From Macrostomum hystrix (lineage: Eukaryota > Animalia > Platyhelminthes), in NCBI GenBank assembly GCA_950097015.1, contig CATNEN010000001.1, positions 27,218,001 through 27,282,000 on the forward strand: a stretch of 64,000 nucleotides of DNA, read 5' to 3'. The position numbers and the translations under genes were made by a program. The first letter of the stretch is position 1, and each line of letters opens with the position of its first letter. This document shows positions 36,491 to 46,885 of this stretch, one piece after another. Under the pieces are notes generated by a model. It did no database searches. It was not told the origin of the DNA and worked only from the letters and a program-made list of their open reading frames with translations.

Positions 36491-39400
36491 ATGGACGGCG
36501 AGGAATTCCGCCTGCGCGGTCGCCAGATGGTGGACCTGATTGTCGACTACGTCAACAGTTTCCGCGAGCGGTCCGTGGTGCCGTCGGTGCAGCCCGGCTA
36601 CCTGAGGCCGCTCATACCGGCCGAGGCGCCTCAGGAGGGCGAAAGCTTCGACAAAATCCTGGCCGACATTGAGCCGGTGGTGCTGGCCGGAGTGAGTGCC
36701 GGGCTGCTGCATACCCTGACTACTTCTCAGCCTACTTCTCAGCCTACTTCTCAGCCTACTTCTCTGTCTACTTCTCAGCCTACTTCTCTGTCTAATTCTC
36801 AGCCTACTTCTCTGTCTAATTCTCAGCCTACTTCTCTGTCTACTTCTCAGCCTGCTTCTCTGTCTAATTCTCTGTCTACTTCTCTGTCTACTTCTCTGTC
36901 TACTTCTCTGTCTACTTCTCTGTCTACTTCTCTGTCTACTTCTCTGTCTAATTCTCTGTCTACTTCTCTGTCTACTTCTCTGTCTACTTTTCTCTATTTC
37001 TATCTCTCTCTAAGTTCGAATCCCAACTGAGTACATTCACAACTGTGTCTACTAACATTATTCAATTTTTCTATTCTTCAACAGCCGTTCCGGTAACTTC
37101 TGCGGTAAAAAAATTTCAGGTGACGAATTGGCACCACCCGAACTTCCACGCCTACTACCCCACCGCCAGCTCCTACCCGGCACTGCTGGGCGACATGCTC
37201 AGCGACGCGATCGCCTGCATCGGATTCTCCTGGGTGAGGGCCGTGAGACTGGGGGAGAGTGAGATTGAGGTGGAGTGAGATTGGGATGGAGTGAGATTGA
37301 GGTGAAGTGGCTTCAAGGTAACTCAGTATACAAGCTGGCTACATGCAAGTCACGAAGCTCACCAATCACCTGTTCCGATTCGCAAATTCTCAGATCGCGA
37401 GTCCCGCCTGCACGGAGCTGGAAACCGCCATGATGGACTGGCTGGCCAAGGCTCTAGCCCTGCCGGAGCACTTTCTATTCAGCGCCGGCAGCCCCGGCGG
37501 CGGCGTCATCCAGGGCACCGCCAGCGAGGCCTCCCTGATGGTCTTCCTGGCGGCTCGCAATGACGCTATCGCCAAACTGCAGGCCGCAGAGCCGCAGGCG
37601 GAGCCGTGCGAACTGTTAGGCAGACTGGTGGCATACACCTCGGAGGAGGTAGGCCAGCGCCCCCACTTCCTTACCCCATGTCACCCACCCCTCCTCCTCA
37701 GCGTCTGTCCTTGACTTCTAGGGCCCTCACTTCCTTACCCCATGTCACCCACCCCTCCTCCTCAGCGTCTGTCCTTGACGTCTAGGGCCCTCACTTCCTT
37801 ACCCCATGTCACCCACCCCTCCTCCTCAGCGTCTGTCCTTGACGTCTAGGGCCCTCACTTCCTTACCCCATGTCACCCAATCCTCCTCCTCAGCGTCTGT
37901 CCTTGACGTCTAGGGCCCTCACTTACTTACCCCATGTCACCCAATCCTCCTCCTCAGCGTCTGTCCTTGACGTCTAGGGCCCTCACTTCCTTACCCCATG
38001 TCACCCAATCCTCCTCCTCAGCGTCTGTCCTTGACGTCTAGGGCCCTCACTTCCTTACGCCATGTCACTCACCCCTCCTCCTCAGCGTCTGTCCTTGACT
38101 TCTAGAGCCTTCACTCTCTCCCAATTTCATCGCACCCACCTCGCAGGCCCACAGCTCTGTGGAGCGCGCCGCCAAGCTGGCATTCGTGCGCATCAGGTCG
38201 CTCAAGACGGACGAAAAGCACTCGCTTCGGGGCAGCACCCTGGATGAGGCCATCACAGAGGACAAGGCCAAGGGTCTGGTGCCCATTCTGGTTGGTTATG
38301 AATTGAAAAATTGAAAAATAGAGAAATTAAACCGGTAATTTTCCCGTCAGTTTTTCTCACTTTCAGTGCATCGCCACCCTTGGCACCACGAGCTCCTGCG
38401 CATTCGACAATGTGAGAGATCTCGGACAAGTCTGTAAGTTGCGTTGCTGCTACAATACAATCTGTGTGTAATTGTGCTATGTCCTTCAGGACAATGGCTG
38501 TAGATGAGGAGGTGGTTGTAGCCTTGTGGTTAGAGCATCGGACTCACAACAGGAAGGTCAGGGGTTCGATTCCTAACTCCACTGGAACAGTTTGTGTACT
38601 TTAGCAAGACACTTAACTCTGCATTGCTTCAGTTCACCCAGATGATAAATGGGCACCAGCATTAGCTGGGGTAATTGAGGGTAGGTGTGGCGTCCCCCAG
38701 TCCATGGACTGAACAGCCATAAGCTGCCTTCAGATGCGCCGCGCAATAGCTGCGGGTGTGCTGCCGGCTGCACATCTGGCCTGATTGGGGCAGGTGTAAT
38801 CAATTATTTAATTATCATTCAAGGCAATGAAATTTCTTTTCAAGGCCGGCGTCAAGGTCTCTGGTGTCACGTGGACGCTGCCTACGCTGGCTCGGCCCTT
38901 CTCTGTCCGGAGCTGAGGCACATTGCCGATGGACTTGAGGCGAGTCGTCAGCCATTTCTGGAAACTAAATCTCTGCTCGTTATAGCTCACAGGCCCCAAC
39001 ACCAACACTTTCAGCTGGCTGATTCGTTCAACTTCAACCCGCACAAGTGGATGCTCATCACCTTCGACTGCTCGGCCCTGTGGGTCCGCGACTCCACCAA
39101 GCTGGTGGAGATTTTCACCGCCGATCCGGTCTACCTGAAGCACGAGTTCACTGGCCAGCCGGACTACAGGGTGAGGGTACACGATCGAAAAAATAAATAT
39201 AATATAATAAAATTAGTAATAATAATTGCAGGAGGGCTGCAGGCAATGCCACATCATTTGGTGACACTCGACCATGAATGACAATAAAAAACAGATAAAT
39301 AACATAGTGAAAAGTTTATAGTTTATTGCTGTTATCAGTTGTGATTGAACCAGTGCAGTAATAAACTTCTTCCATTGGCGGCCATTAGTCAGCTGATGAG

Positions 39401-42400
39401 CTCATCAGCTGCCGTTCTGGTTGAGGTTGCCAGGGTTCACTCTCCTGCTGCCTTCTGTTCTTCAGCTTGAAGTTTGAGCTGCTCCAATAGCACCAGCCGT
39501 TGTAGCTCAGCGTTGCTCAACGATGCTGTCTCCTGACTTTCTCCTTTACCTTGAGTTGGTAGACTGATTTTCGGGGTCCGGACCATTGACGTTGCTCCAA
39601 TATGTGAATCCGCTGATGCTCCTGGGATTCCACTTGATGCTGATCGCGAACTAGGACTGCCACGTTCCAGCTCCGGTACAGATGCAACTGGCAGTGCGCC
39701 GCACTCTGACTGCCAGGAACTCTGCAGAGCACGGGATTCTCCTCGCAATTGAAAAATTTCAGCATATCTTCTTCCCATTTTCGAAGGATGGTTTTCTTGT
39801 TACCCGTCTTCTTAATATCCGACTTTGCCTTTGATCTACTCTTGATATTGGCCAACTTCTTGTTAGATATCTTTACGTCAGTATGTCGTCCGTGCAGCTC
39901 CAACTCCTCTTGAATACTCGCGATCGCTTTCTTTCTGTCCTTAACGATTGGAGCATTTGCTTTATCCAACAGGCAAGGGTGGCGCATTACTTCTTTCTTT
40001 TCTTCTTTCGCCCTTTTGTCACCGTGAGGTATGGGGCCCTGGAGAAACCTGTCAATTTTCTGTGCATGCGCGCTGGTGCCTGGCCATGATAGTGGCCGTT
40101 AGGTTCCTGCCGCACCTGTCACATTCCTTCCTCTTCCTCTCCTCCTCTTCTCCAGGGTTGGTTGGCCTTAGTTTTATCGACGCCAGGGTCGGCTACTTCC
40201 TGTCGTCGTTGCCAAAAAGGGTTGGTGATTCGGGGTGGGCCTGCGCCCACTCCCTCCTTCCATCTCCCTTCTGTTGTTGTGGTCCTTTTTGCCAGGGCTG
40301 ATGCCCCGTCCGCTTCCCGCCTCGTGAAGGCTGGGCCACTTGGGGAAGCGTGGCGCATTACGCAGCGAACGAAAATCTCATCGTCTTCGTTTTGAGTCGA
40401 CATTTTTTCATACCACGTAGCAAATCTTGCTTGCGAGGCGAGCCCCGTTCGTTCCATTAAACAGCAAAGAAGAGGGAAGTGATTTTGATCACCATTTTGT
40501 CTATGGTACAAATTAGCTGAGCAACTGCTCGGGTGGCTGGGAACTTGCTCGAAGTTTGAGATAAATCATTATTCATACGAAAAGTGAGCGGTTGCTCAAA
40601 CACTGTCGCGCAAATTAATATGGCTTCGCCGCGGAATCGAGCTCAGGAACCTTGGTACGAGAGGCAGTCGTGTAAGACCGCTCTGCTAGTCGCTCCAAAG
40701 ACTACTCACAGTAGTCACAGCACTCAAATCTGAGATTGCAATTCGAATGAGCATTTCAAGTTTCTATCATGCTGCATAGCCTTAGTTGAGCAGTTGAGTA
40801 TAGCTGAGTTGATTTAGTCCCAGTTTGAGACGCCTAATTTGTTTGGTAGTTGCGGGAAATGAAGGTGTCAGCAGTCGAGCACATACTGCATCCGCTGTGC
40901 TGCACTTCACTGACTCGCTCCAGCTGCCACACCTGTATCTGAGTCGGGGACAGACCCATTCTTTTGAAGCACTATATTAATCAAAGCATATTTTCCTCGC
41001 AAAGGTGATTTTGCCGGCTTAAACATCTGCAATCTGACGGACGCCTTCAGAAAAAATCAAGTTGGAAACGCTGTTTTGATTATCTGCCCACAAAATTGTC
41101 TTCTTTTGCAGCACTGGCAGATTCCGCTGGGTCGACGGTTTCGCTCGTTGAAGATCTGGTTTGTTCTGCGCTGCTTCGGAATCAACGGCCTGCAGGCGTA
41201 CATCAGAAAGGTAGAAAGGCTGCGGCCAGTGTGAGTACATACTCAGTGGACTGGAAGCCAAGCAATTCACTTTCTTTAATCCCATGACCCTCAGCATCTG
41301 GCCCTGGCCAAGGAGTTCGAGGCCCTCATTCTGAGCGACAGCCGCTTTGAAATAGTCGAGGAGGTGACCCTGGGCCTGGTCTGCTTCCGGCTCAAGGTGA
41401 GGCTTATCTGAGAACCATCGTTAACTGTCAAATTTGAGAATCGTCTCTGAGAATCAAATCTGAGAATCGTCTCTGAGAATCGTCTCTGAGAATCGTCTCT
41501 GAGAATCGTCTCTGAGAATCGTCTCTGAGAATCGTCTCTGAGAATCAAATCTGAGAATCGTCTCTGAGAATCGTCTCTGAGAATCGAATCTGAGAATCGT
41601 CTCTGAGAATCAAATCTGAGAATCGTCTCTGAGATTCAAATCTGAGAATCGTCTCTGAGAATCGTCTCTGAGAATCGTCTCTGATAATCGAATCTGAGAA
41701 TCGTCTCTGAGATTCAAATCTGAGAATCGTCTCTGAGAATCGTCTCTGAGAATCGTCTCTGAAAATCAAATCTGAGAATCGTCTCTGGGAATCGTCTCCG
41801 AAAATCAAATCTGAGAATCTTCTCTGAGAATCGTCTCCGAGAATCGTCTCTGAGAATTGTCTCTGAGAATCATCTCTGAGAATCGTCTCTGAAAATCGTC
41901 TCTGAAAATCAAATCTGAGAATCGTCTCTGGGAATCGTCTCTGAAAATCAAATCTGAGAATCGTCTCTGGGAATCGTCTCCGAAAATCAAATCTGAGAAT
42001 CGTCTCTGAGAATCGTCTCTGAGAATCGTCTCTGAGAATCATCTCTGAGAATCGTCTCTGAGAATCGTCTCTGAGAATCGTCTCTGAGAATCGTCTCTGA
42101 GAATCGTCTCTGAGAATCGTCTCTGAGAATCGTCTCTGAGAATCATCTCTGAGAATCGTCTCTGAGAATCGTCTCTGAGAATCAAATCTGAGAATAGTCT
42201 CTTACAATCGTCTCTGAGAATCGTCTCTGAGAATCCACTCTGAGAATCCACTCTGAGAATCCATTCTGAGAATCTACTCTGAGAATCCATTCTGAGAATC
42301 CACTCTGAGAATCCACTCTGAGAATCCACTCTGAGAATCCACTCTGAGAATCTACTCTGAGAATCCATTCTGAGAATCCACTCTGAGAATCCACTCTGAG

Positions 42401-42644
42401 AATCCACTCTGAGAATCTACTCTGAGAATACTTTAACCGGTTTGTGTAGGGCGATAACGCAGCCACAGAGTCGCTGTACAGAGCTCTGCGCGAGGATCAG
42501 CGTATTCACCTCGTGGCCTCCAGATTTCACTCGAGCGGGATCTACTTTCTGCGCTTGGCCATCTGCTCAAGCTACTGCGAGTCGGCCGACATCCAACTCT
42601 CACACCGAGTCATTAAGGAGGCCGCCGATCGAATCGCCAAGTAG
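36491..42644 (+). CDS. ddc: Aromatic L-amino-acid (DOPA) decarboxylase, PLP-dependent group II, ~475 aa; exons 36491-36691, 37120-37233, 37394-37648, 38147-38290, 38367-38433, 38845-38939, 39015-39170, 41112-41210, 41295-41396, 42450-42644
   Basis: Hallmark motifs [31 protein letters not shown]|[52 protein letters not shown]-lysine [38 protein letters not shown]. Exon phases are consistent. AATAAA at 42945. Confidence 0.95.
36720..36990. repeat. 12-bp minisatellite (tacttctctgtc / tacttctcagcc)n in DDC intron
   Basis: Direct inspection. Confidence 0.9.
37664..38115. repeat. 64-bp minisatellite (~7 copies) filling a DDC intron
   Basis: Unit starts cacttccttaccccatgtc at 37664, 37728, 37792 and onward. 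Confidence 0.95.
38511..38815 (+). mobile_element. tRNA-derived SINE, family B, in DDC intron
   Basis: A-box tagccttgtgg and B-box ggttcgattcc (38563-38573). Central segment gcaagacacttaactc...cacccagatgataaatgggcacc recalls conserved SINE central domains. AT-rich tail. Confidence 0.75.
39437..40403 (-). pseudogene. Myb/SANT-like DNA-binding protein gene of a Harbinger-type transposon, disrupted by a LINE insertion and a frameshift
   Basis: Removing 39991-40349 plus one TSD copy gives the in-frame reading [18 protein letters not shown]|[18 protein letters not shown]...[11 protein letters not shown]...KKTGN...ENP..VPG. A frameshifted C-terminal [14 protein letters not shown] coil follows. This architecture is typical of Harbinger accessory proteins. 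No TIRs or transposase were found. Confidence 0.65.
39991..40349 (-). mobile_element. 5'-truncated non-LTR retrotransposon (LINE 3' end), 359 bp
   Basis: Perfect 12-bp TSD gtggcgcattac (39979-39990 and 40350-40361). Minus-strand (AAG/AAAG)n tail and terminal zinc-finger-like [20 protein letters not shown] followed by a stop. Confidence 0.8.
40610..40690 (-). mobile_element. tRNA head of SINE family A (tail half at 39210-39270)
   Basis: ggaatcgagctcaggaaccttggtacgagaggca matches 14592-14626. A-box-like TAGCAGAGCGG on the minus strand. Confidence 0.7.
41436..42430. repeat. 13-bp minisatellite (gagaatcgtctct)n grading into (gagaatccactct)n, last DDC intron
   Basis: Direct inspection. Confidence 0.95.
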
Positions 42645-42657
42645 ATGAGGGCGGTGC

Positions 42658-42905
42658 GACTGAAGCTGATGCAGGTGTGACTGGAGCTGATGCAGGTGTG
42701 ACTGGAGCTGATGCAGGTGTGACTGGAGCTGATGCAGGTGTGACTGAAGCTGATGCAGGTGTGACTGGAGCTGATGCAGGTGTGACTGGAGCTGATGCAG
42801 GTGTGACTGAAGCTGATGCAGGTGTGACTGGAGCTGATGCAGGTGTGACTGGAGCTGATGCAGGTGTGACTGAAGCTGATGCAGGTGTGACTGGAGCTGA
42901 TGCAG
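42658..42905. repeat. 21-bp minisatellite (gactggagctgatgcaggtgt)n in DDC 3' UTR
   Basis: ~12 units between the stop codon (42644) and AATAAA (42945). Confidence 0.93.
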
Positions 42906-43381
42906 GAAAGTTAAGCTTTGAACTTTCAAAAATGTATGATCCGCAATAAACTTGTTAGTCAAAAATCTTAGAGAACAGAACTATTAAATCTTATGTCGCG
43001 TGTTTCCAATACAAATTTTTTTTGGAAATTTTTGTCGTTCGAATAGAATTATTATTTTAAGCATAGATCATCGCATGGGAGAATAATTCACAAAATTTAC
43101 TAGTCCCTAGAAATTAATTTTTGTTTGCCTCGAAAATGAAAAAAAACACTTCATTCTGGGAGAGACACGTGCAAAATAAGCAGCTCTTGATTTTCAGTCT
43201 TTGTATTTCAGTTTTTTTGCTATCGTAAACATTATTTGCAGGGCAGACAGGGACAAAAACGTGAACAAACACCAATCGAACAATGAGCTGAAACTGTTGA
43301 AATTATGAGCAAAGCTAATCTACATCAGCTGCTGCTCGTGTTGAGAATATTACTTGAACACTGACGCAACAAAACACAGGA

Positions 43382-43712
43382 GTGCTAAAACCTCGCGTGT
43401 GCTCAAACCTCGGGTGTGCTCAAACCTCGGGTGTGCTCAAACCTCGAGTGTGCTCAATCAAACCTCGGGTGTGCTCAAACCTCAAGTGTGTTCAAATCTC
43501 GAGTGTGCTCAAACCTCGGGTGTGCTCAGATATCAGGTGTGCTCAAACCTCGGGTGTGCTCAAACCTCGGATGTGCTCAAACCACGGGTGTGCTCAAACC
43601 TCGGGTGTGCTCAGATATCGGGTGTGCTCAAATCTCGGGTGTGCTCAAACCTCGGATGTGCGAAAACCACGGGTGTGCTCAAACCTCGGGTGTGCTCAAA
43701 CCTCGGGTGTGC
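43382..43712. repeat. 17-bp minisatellite (gtgctcaaacctcgggt)n
   Basis: ~19 units. Confidence 0.92.
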
Positions 43713-43990
43713 TAAAAAAACGCTGATCAGCAATGAAGATGTTCTTCTAGTTTTTAAGAACTTGACGATCAATTAAAGCGGCAATTATAAATTCCAGAAA
43801 GCCTGGAGACTAGCAACACAGAAGAACCGCTCAGACCATTGACAGGAGAGGCAGAAATTTGAACAATACAAAAATTCTACGCTTAAATAAAAAGCAAAAA
43901 CATCCGATTTAGAGTGACTCAAGGTGCTGATCGGGCTTTCAAGGAAACGGGGAATCAAACAATTAATCGATTAATAAAAAACAGGGTGTA

Positions 43991-46885
43991 TCACTGCTCT
44001 CCAGCCTCCGGCTCGGATGATGAAGCTCCCGACAGATCCGACACGCAGCAGCCGGCGGTGCCGGCCTGGTGGCTCCGCAGAGTCGCCTGGCTCGATGAAG
44101 CCGCGTGAGCTTCGCCGTCCAACATGCTGACGTCTCCGACGGTCTGTCTCTGCAGCTGCATCAGCTGGCTGCGCTGCTCCGACAAGTGCTGCTTGCGCCA
44201 CTTAATGCGACGGTTCTGCGAGTGAGTGAGTGAGTGAGTGAGTGAGTGAGTGAGTGAGTGAGTGAGTGAGTGAGTGAGTGAGTGAGTGAGGGAGTGAGTG
44301 AGTGAGTGAGTGAGTGAGTGAGTGAGGGAGTGAGTGAGTGAGTGAGTGAGGGAGTGAGTGAGTGAGTGAGTGAGTGAGGGAGTGAGTGAGTGAGTGAGTG
44401 AGTGTTTGAGTGAGTGAGGGAGTGAGTGAGTGAGGGAGTGAGTGAGTGAGTGAGTGAGTGAGTGAGTGAGTGAGGGAGTGAGTGAGTGTTTGAGTGAGTG
44501 AGGGAGTGAGTGAGTGAGTGAGTGAGGGAGTGAGTGAGTGAGGGAGTGAGTGAGTGAGTGAGTGAGTGAGGGAGTGAGTGAGTGTTTGAGTGAGTGAGGG
44601 AGTGAGTGAGTGAGGGAGTGAGTGAGTGTTTGAGTGAGTGAGGGAGTGAGTGAGTGAGTGAGTGAGGGAGTGAGTGAGTGTTTGAGTGAGTGAGGGAGTG
44701 AGTGAGTGAGTGAGTGAGGGAGTGAGTGAGTGTTTGAGTGAGTGAGTTAGTGAGTTAATTATCAAATCAGCTTACCTGGAACCAGACCTTGACCTGGGCC
44801 TCGGTGAGGCTGAGCTCGGTGGCCAGGTAGAACCGCTCAGAGCCCACCATGTACTGTTGCCTGTCGAATTCCGCTTCGAGCCGCTCAAGCTGGTCGGGAG
44901 TGAAGATGGTGCGAATTCGCTTGCCCCGACCCTGCAGAACCTCCTCCTGCTGCTGCTGCTGCTGGTGCTGCTGCTGGCAAAGCTCGTACTGACTTCTGAT
45001 TTGCTCCAGCATGGCTGAAATTTATTGTGTAGTTCTAGTGTTGCGCTAATCTCACTGCCGTGAGATTAATCTAATCGTATCTCAATTAATCTCTCAAATG
45101 GTTCGTAAATCACAGGTTCTATTCTAACAGGTATTGCTCTTATCTCGCAGGTGAGGTTCTTATCTCACAGGTGAGGTTCTTATCTCACAGATGTGATTCT
45201 TATCTCAGAGGTGTGGTTCTTATCTCACAGGTGTGATTCTTATCTCAGAGGTGAGGTTCTTATCTCACAGGTGTGATTCTTATCTCAGAGGTGTGGTTCT
45301 TATCTCACAGGTGTGATTCTTATCTCAGAGGTGTGGTTCTTATCTCACAGGTGAGGTTCTTATCTCACAGGTGTGATTCTTATCTCACAGGTGAGGTTCT
45401 TATCTCACAGGTGAGGTTCTTATCTCACAGGTGGGGTTATTAAATGTCCAGATACAGACACAGAAGCTGAAGCAGATGGTCGCAGGTGGTGTGTAGAGGT
45501 AGATACTTGATGATGCTTTGAAGGTAGAAATCATCATTTCTTTTGACTTTGTTAAAAGATTTTCGCCTCAAAAGACAGACAAATTTAAGCTAACAAGCTG
45601 CGTGTTTTTTACCCTATGGGTCTGCTTGAAGCCTCAGTGCATACATTTATGGATTCTAGCTGTTAGACATGGATTCTAGCTGTTAGACATGGATTCTTGC
45701 TGTTAGACATGGATTCTAGCTGTTAGACATGGATTCTAGCTGTTAGATATGGATTCTTGCTGTTAGACATGGATTCTTGCTGTTAGATATGGATTCTTGC
45801 TGTTAGACATGGATTCTAGCTGTTAGACATGGATTCTAGCTGTTAGACATGGATTCTAACTGTTAGACATGGATTCTAGCTGCTAGACATGGATTCTAGC
45901 TGTTAGACATGGATTCTAGCTGTTAGACATGGATTCTAGCTGTTAGACATGGATTCTAGCTGTTAGACATGGATTCTTGCTGTTAGACATGGATTCTAGC
46001 TTTTAGACATCGATTTTAGCTGTTAGACGTGGATTCTAACTGTTAGACTAGGATGTGAACCTGTTAGACATGGATTCTAGCTGTTAGACATGGATTCTAG
46101 CTGTTAGACATGGATTCTAGCTGTTAGACATGGATTCTAGCTGTTAGACATGGATTCTAGCTGTTAGACATGGATTCTTGCTGTTAGACATGGATTCTTG
46201 CTGTTAGACATGGATTCTAGCTTTTAGACATCGATTTTAGCTGTTAGACGTGGATTCTAACTGTTAGACTAGGATGTGAACCTGTTAGACATGGGTTCTA
46301 GCTGTTAGACATCGATTTTAGCTGTTAGACGTGGATTCTAACTGTTAGACTAGGATGTGAACCTGTTAGACATGGGTTCTGGCTGTTGTTTTCTAAGTAA
46401 CATCTAGAATAAAGTCAACCATTGCCTACTCAATCTACTATTTTCTATCTACTCAACCTAAGGTTTTCTATCTACTCAACCTGACATGTCTACTCAACCT
46501 ACTATTTTCTATCTACTCAACCTACTATTTTCTATCTACTCAACCTACTATTTTCTATCTATTCAACCTACTATTTTCTATCTACTCAACCTAGCCCACT
46601 TGCCACGCGCTCTGCACTTTATATCCGAATCCAATAAGTCTCACCGTCTTCTCCATCCGTTTGAGATCGAATCCTGGACTCAGAGGTGGCAATGGCCCTG
46701 CTCCGGTGCCCCAGAATCTCATCAATGCTGAATGTTGAGCAGGCTGAGTTTTGTTGCTGGCGCAGAAGCGGCGGCAGCGGCTGAGGCGGCAGTGATAGAA
46801 AAGGCACCGGAGGTGGCTGCTTGTGCTGCTGCTGCTGCTGCTGCTGATAGAGCCATGGCAGGTATCCAGACATAAACTGCTCCAT
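43991..46885 (-). CDS. not: Not-class (notochord) homeobox transcription factor, 234 aa; exons 46885-46645, 45014-44776, 44215-43991
   Basis: Homeodomain [49 protein letters not shown]|NRRIKWRKQ carries the Not-diagnostic QQYMVG and [10 protein letters not shown]-terminal eh1 motif [12 protein letters not shown] introns with matching phases (705 nt). TATAAA on the minus strand at ~46956-46961. Confidence 0.92.
44220..44755. repeat. (GAGT)n microsatellite forming nearly the whole homeobox intron
   Basis: Direct inspection. Confidence 0.97.
45128..45435. repeat. 20-bp minisatellite (ttcttatctcacaggtgtga)n, Not intron 1
   Basis: ~15 units. Confidence 0.93.
45648..46385. repeat. 20-bp minisatellite (atggattctagctgttagac)n, Not intron 1
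   Basis: ~36 units. Confidence 0.95.
46425..46592. repeat. 23-bp minisatellite (ctactcaacctactattttctat)n
   Basis: ~7 units next to the Not exon-1 donor. Confidence 0.85.

Noticed and set aside
38511-38585. tRNA gene
   Set aside because: A and B boxes are present, but there is no convincing cloverleaf or poly-T terminator. It continues into a SINE body.
39390-39411. Hammerhead ribozyme core (CUGAUGAG) in the perfect 22-bp palindrome cagctgatgagctcatcagctg
   Set aside because: No stem II-GAAA or matching stems I/III. The palindrome sequesters the core, and it has no evident function.
41231-41236. Stronger-looking alternative donor gtgagt in a DDC intron
   Set aside because: Using it shifts the frame. 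The gtagaa donor at 41211 preserves YIRK|HLALA.
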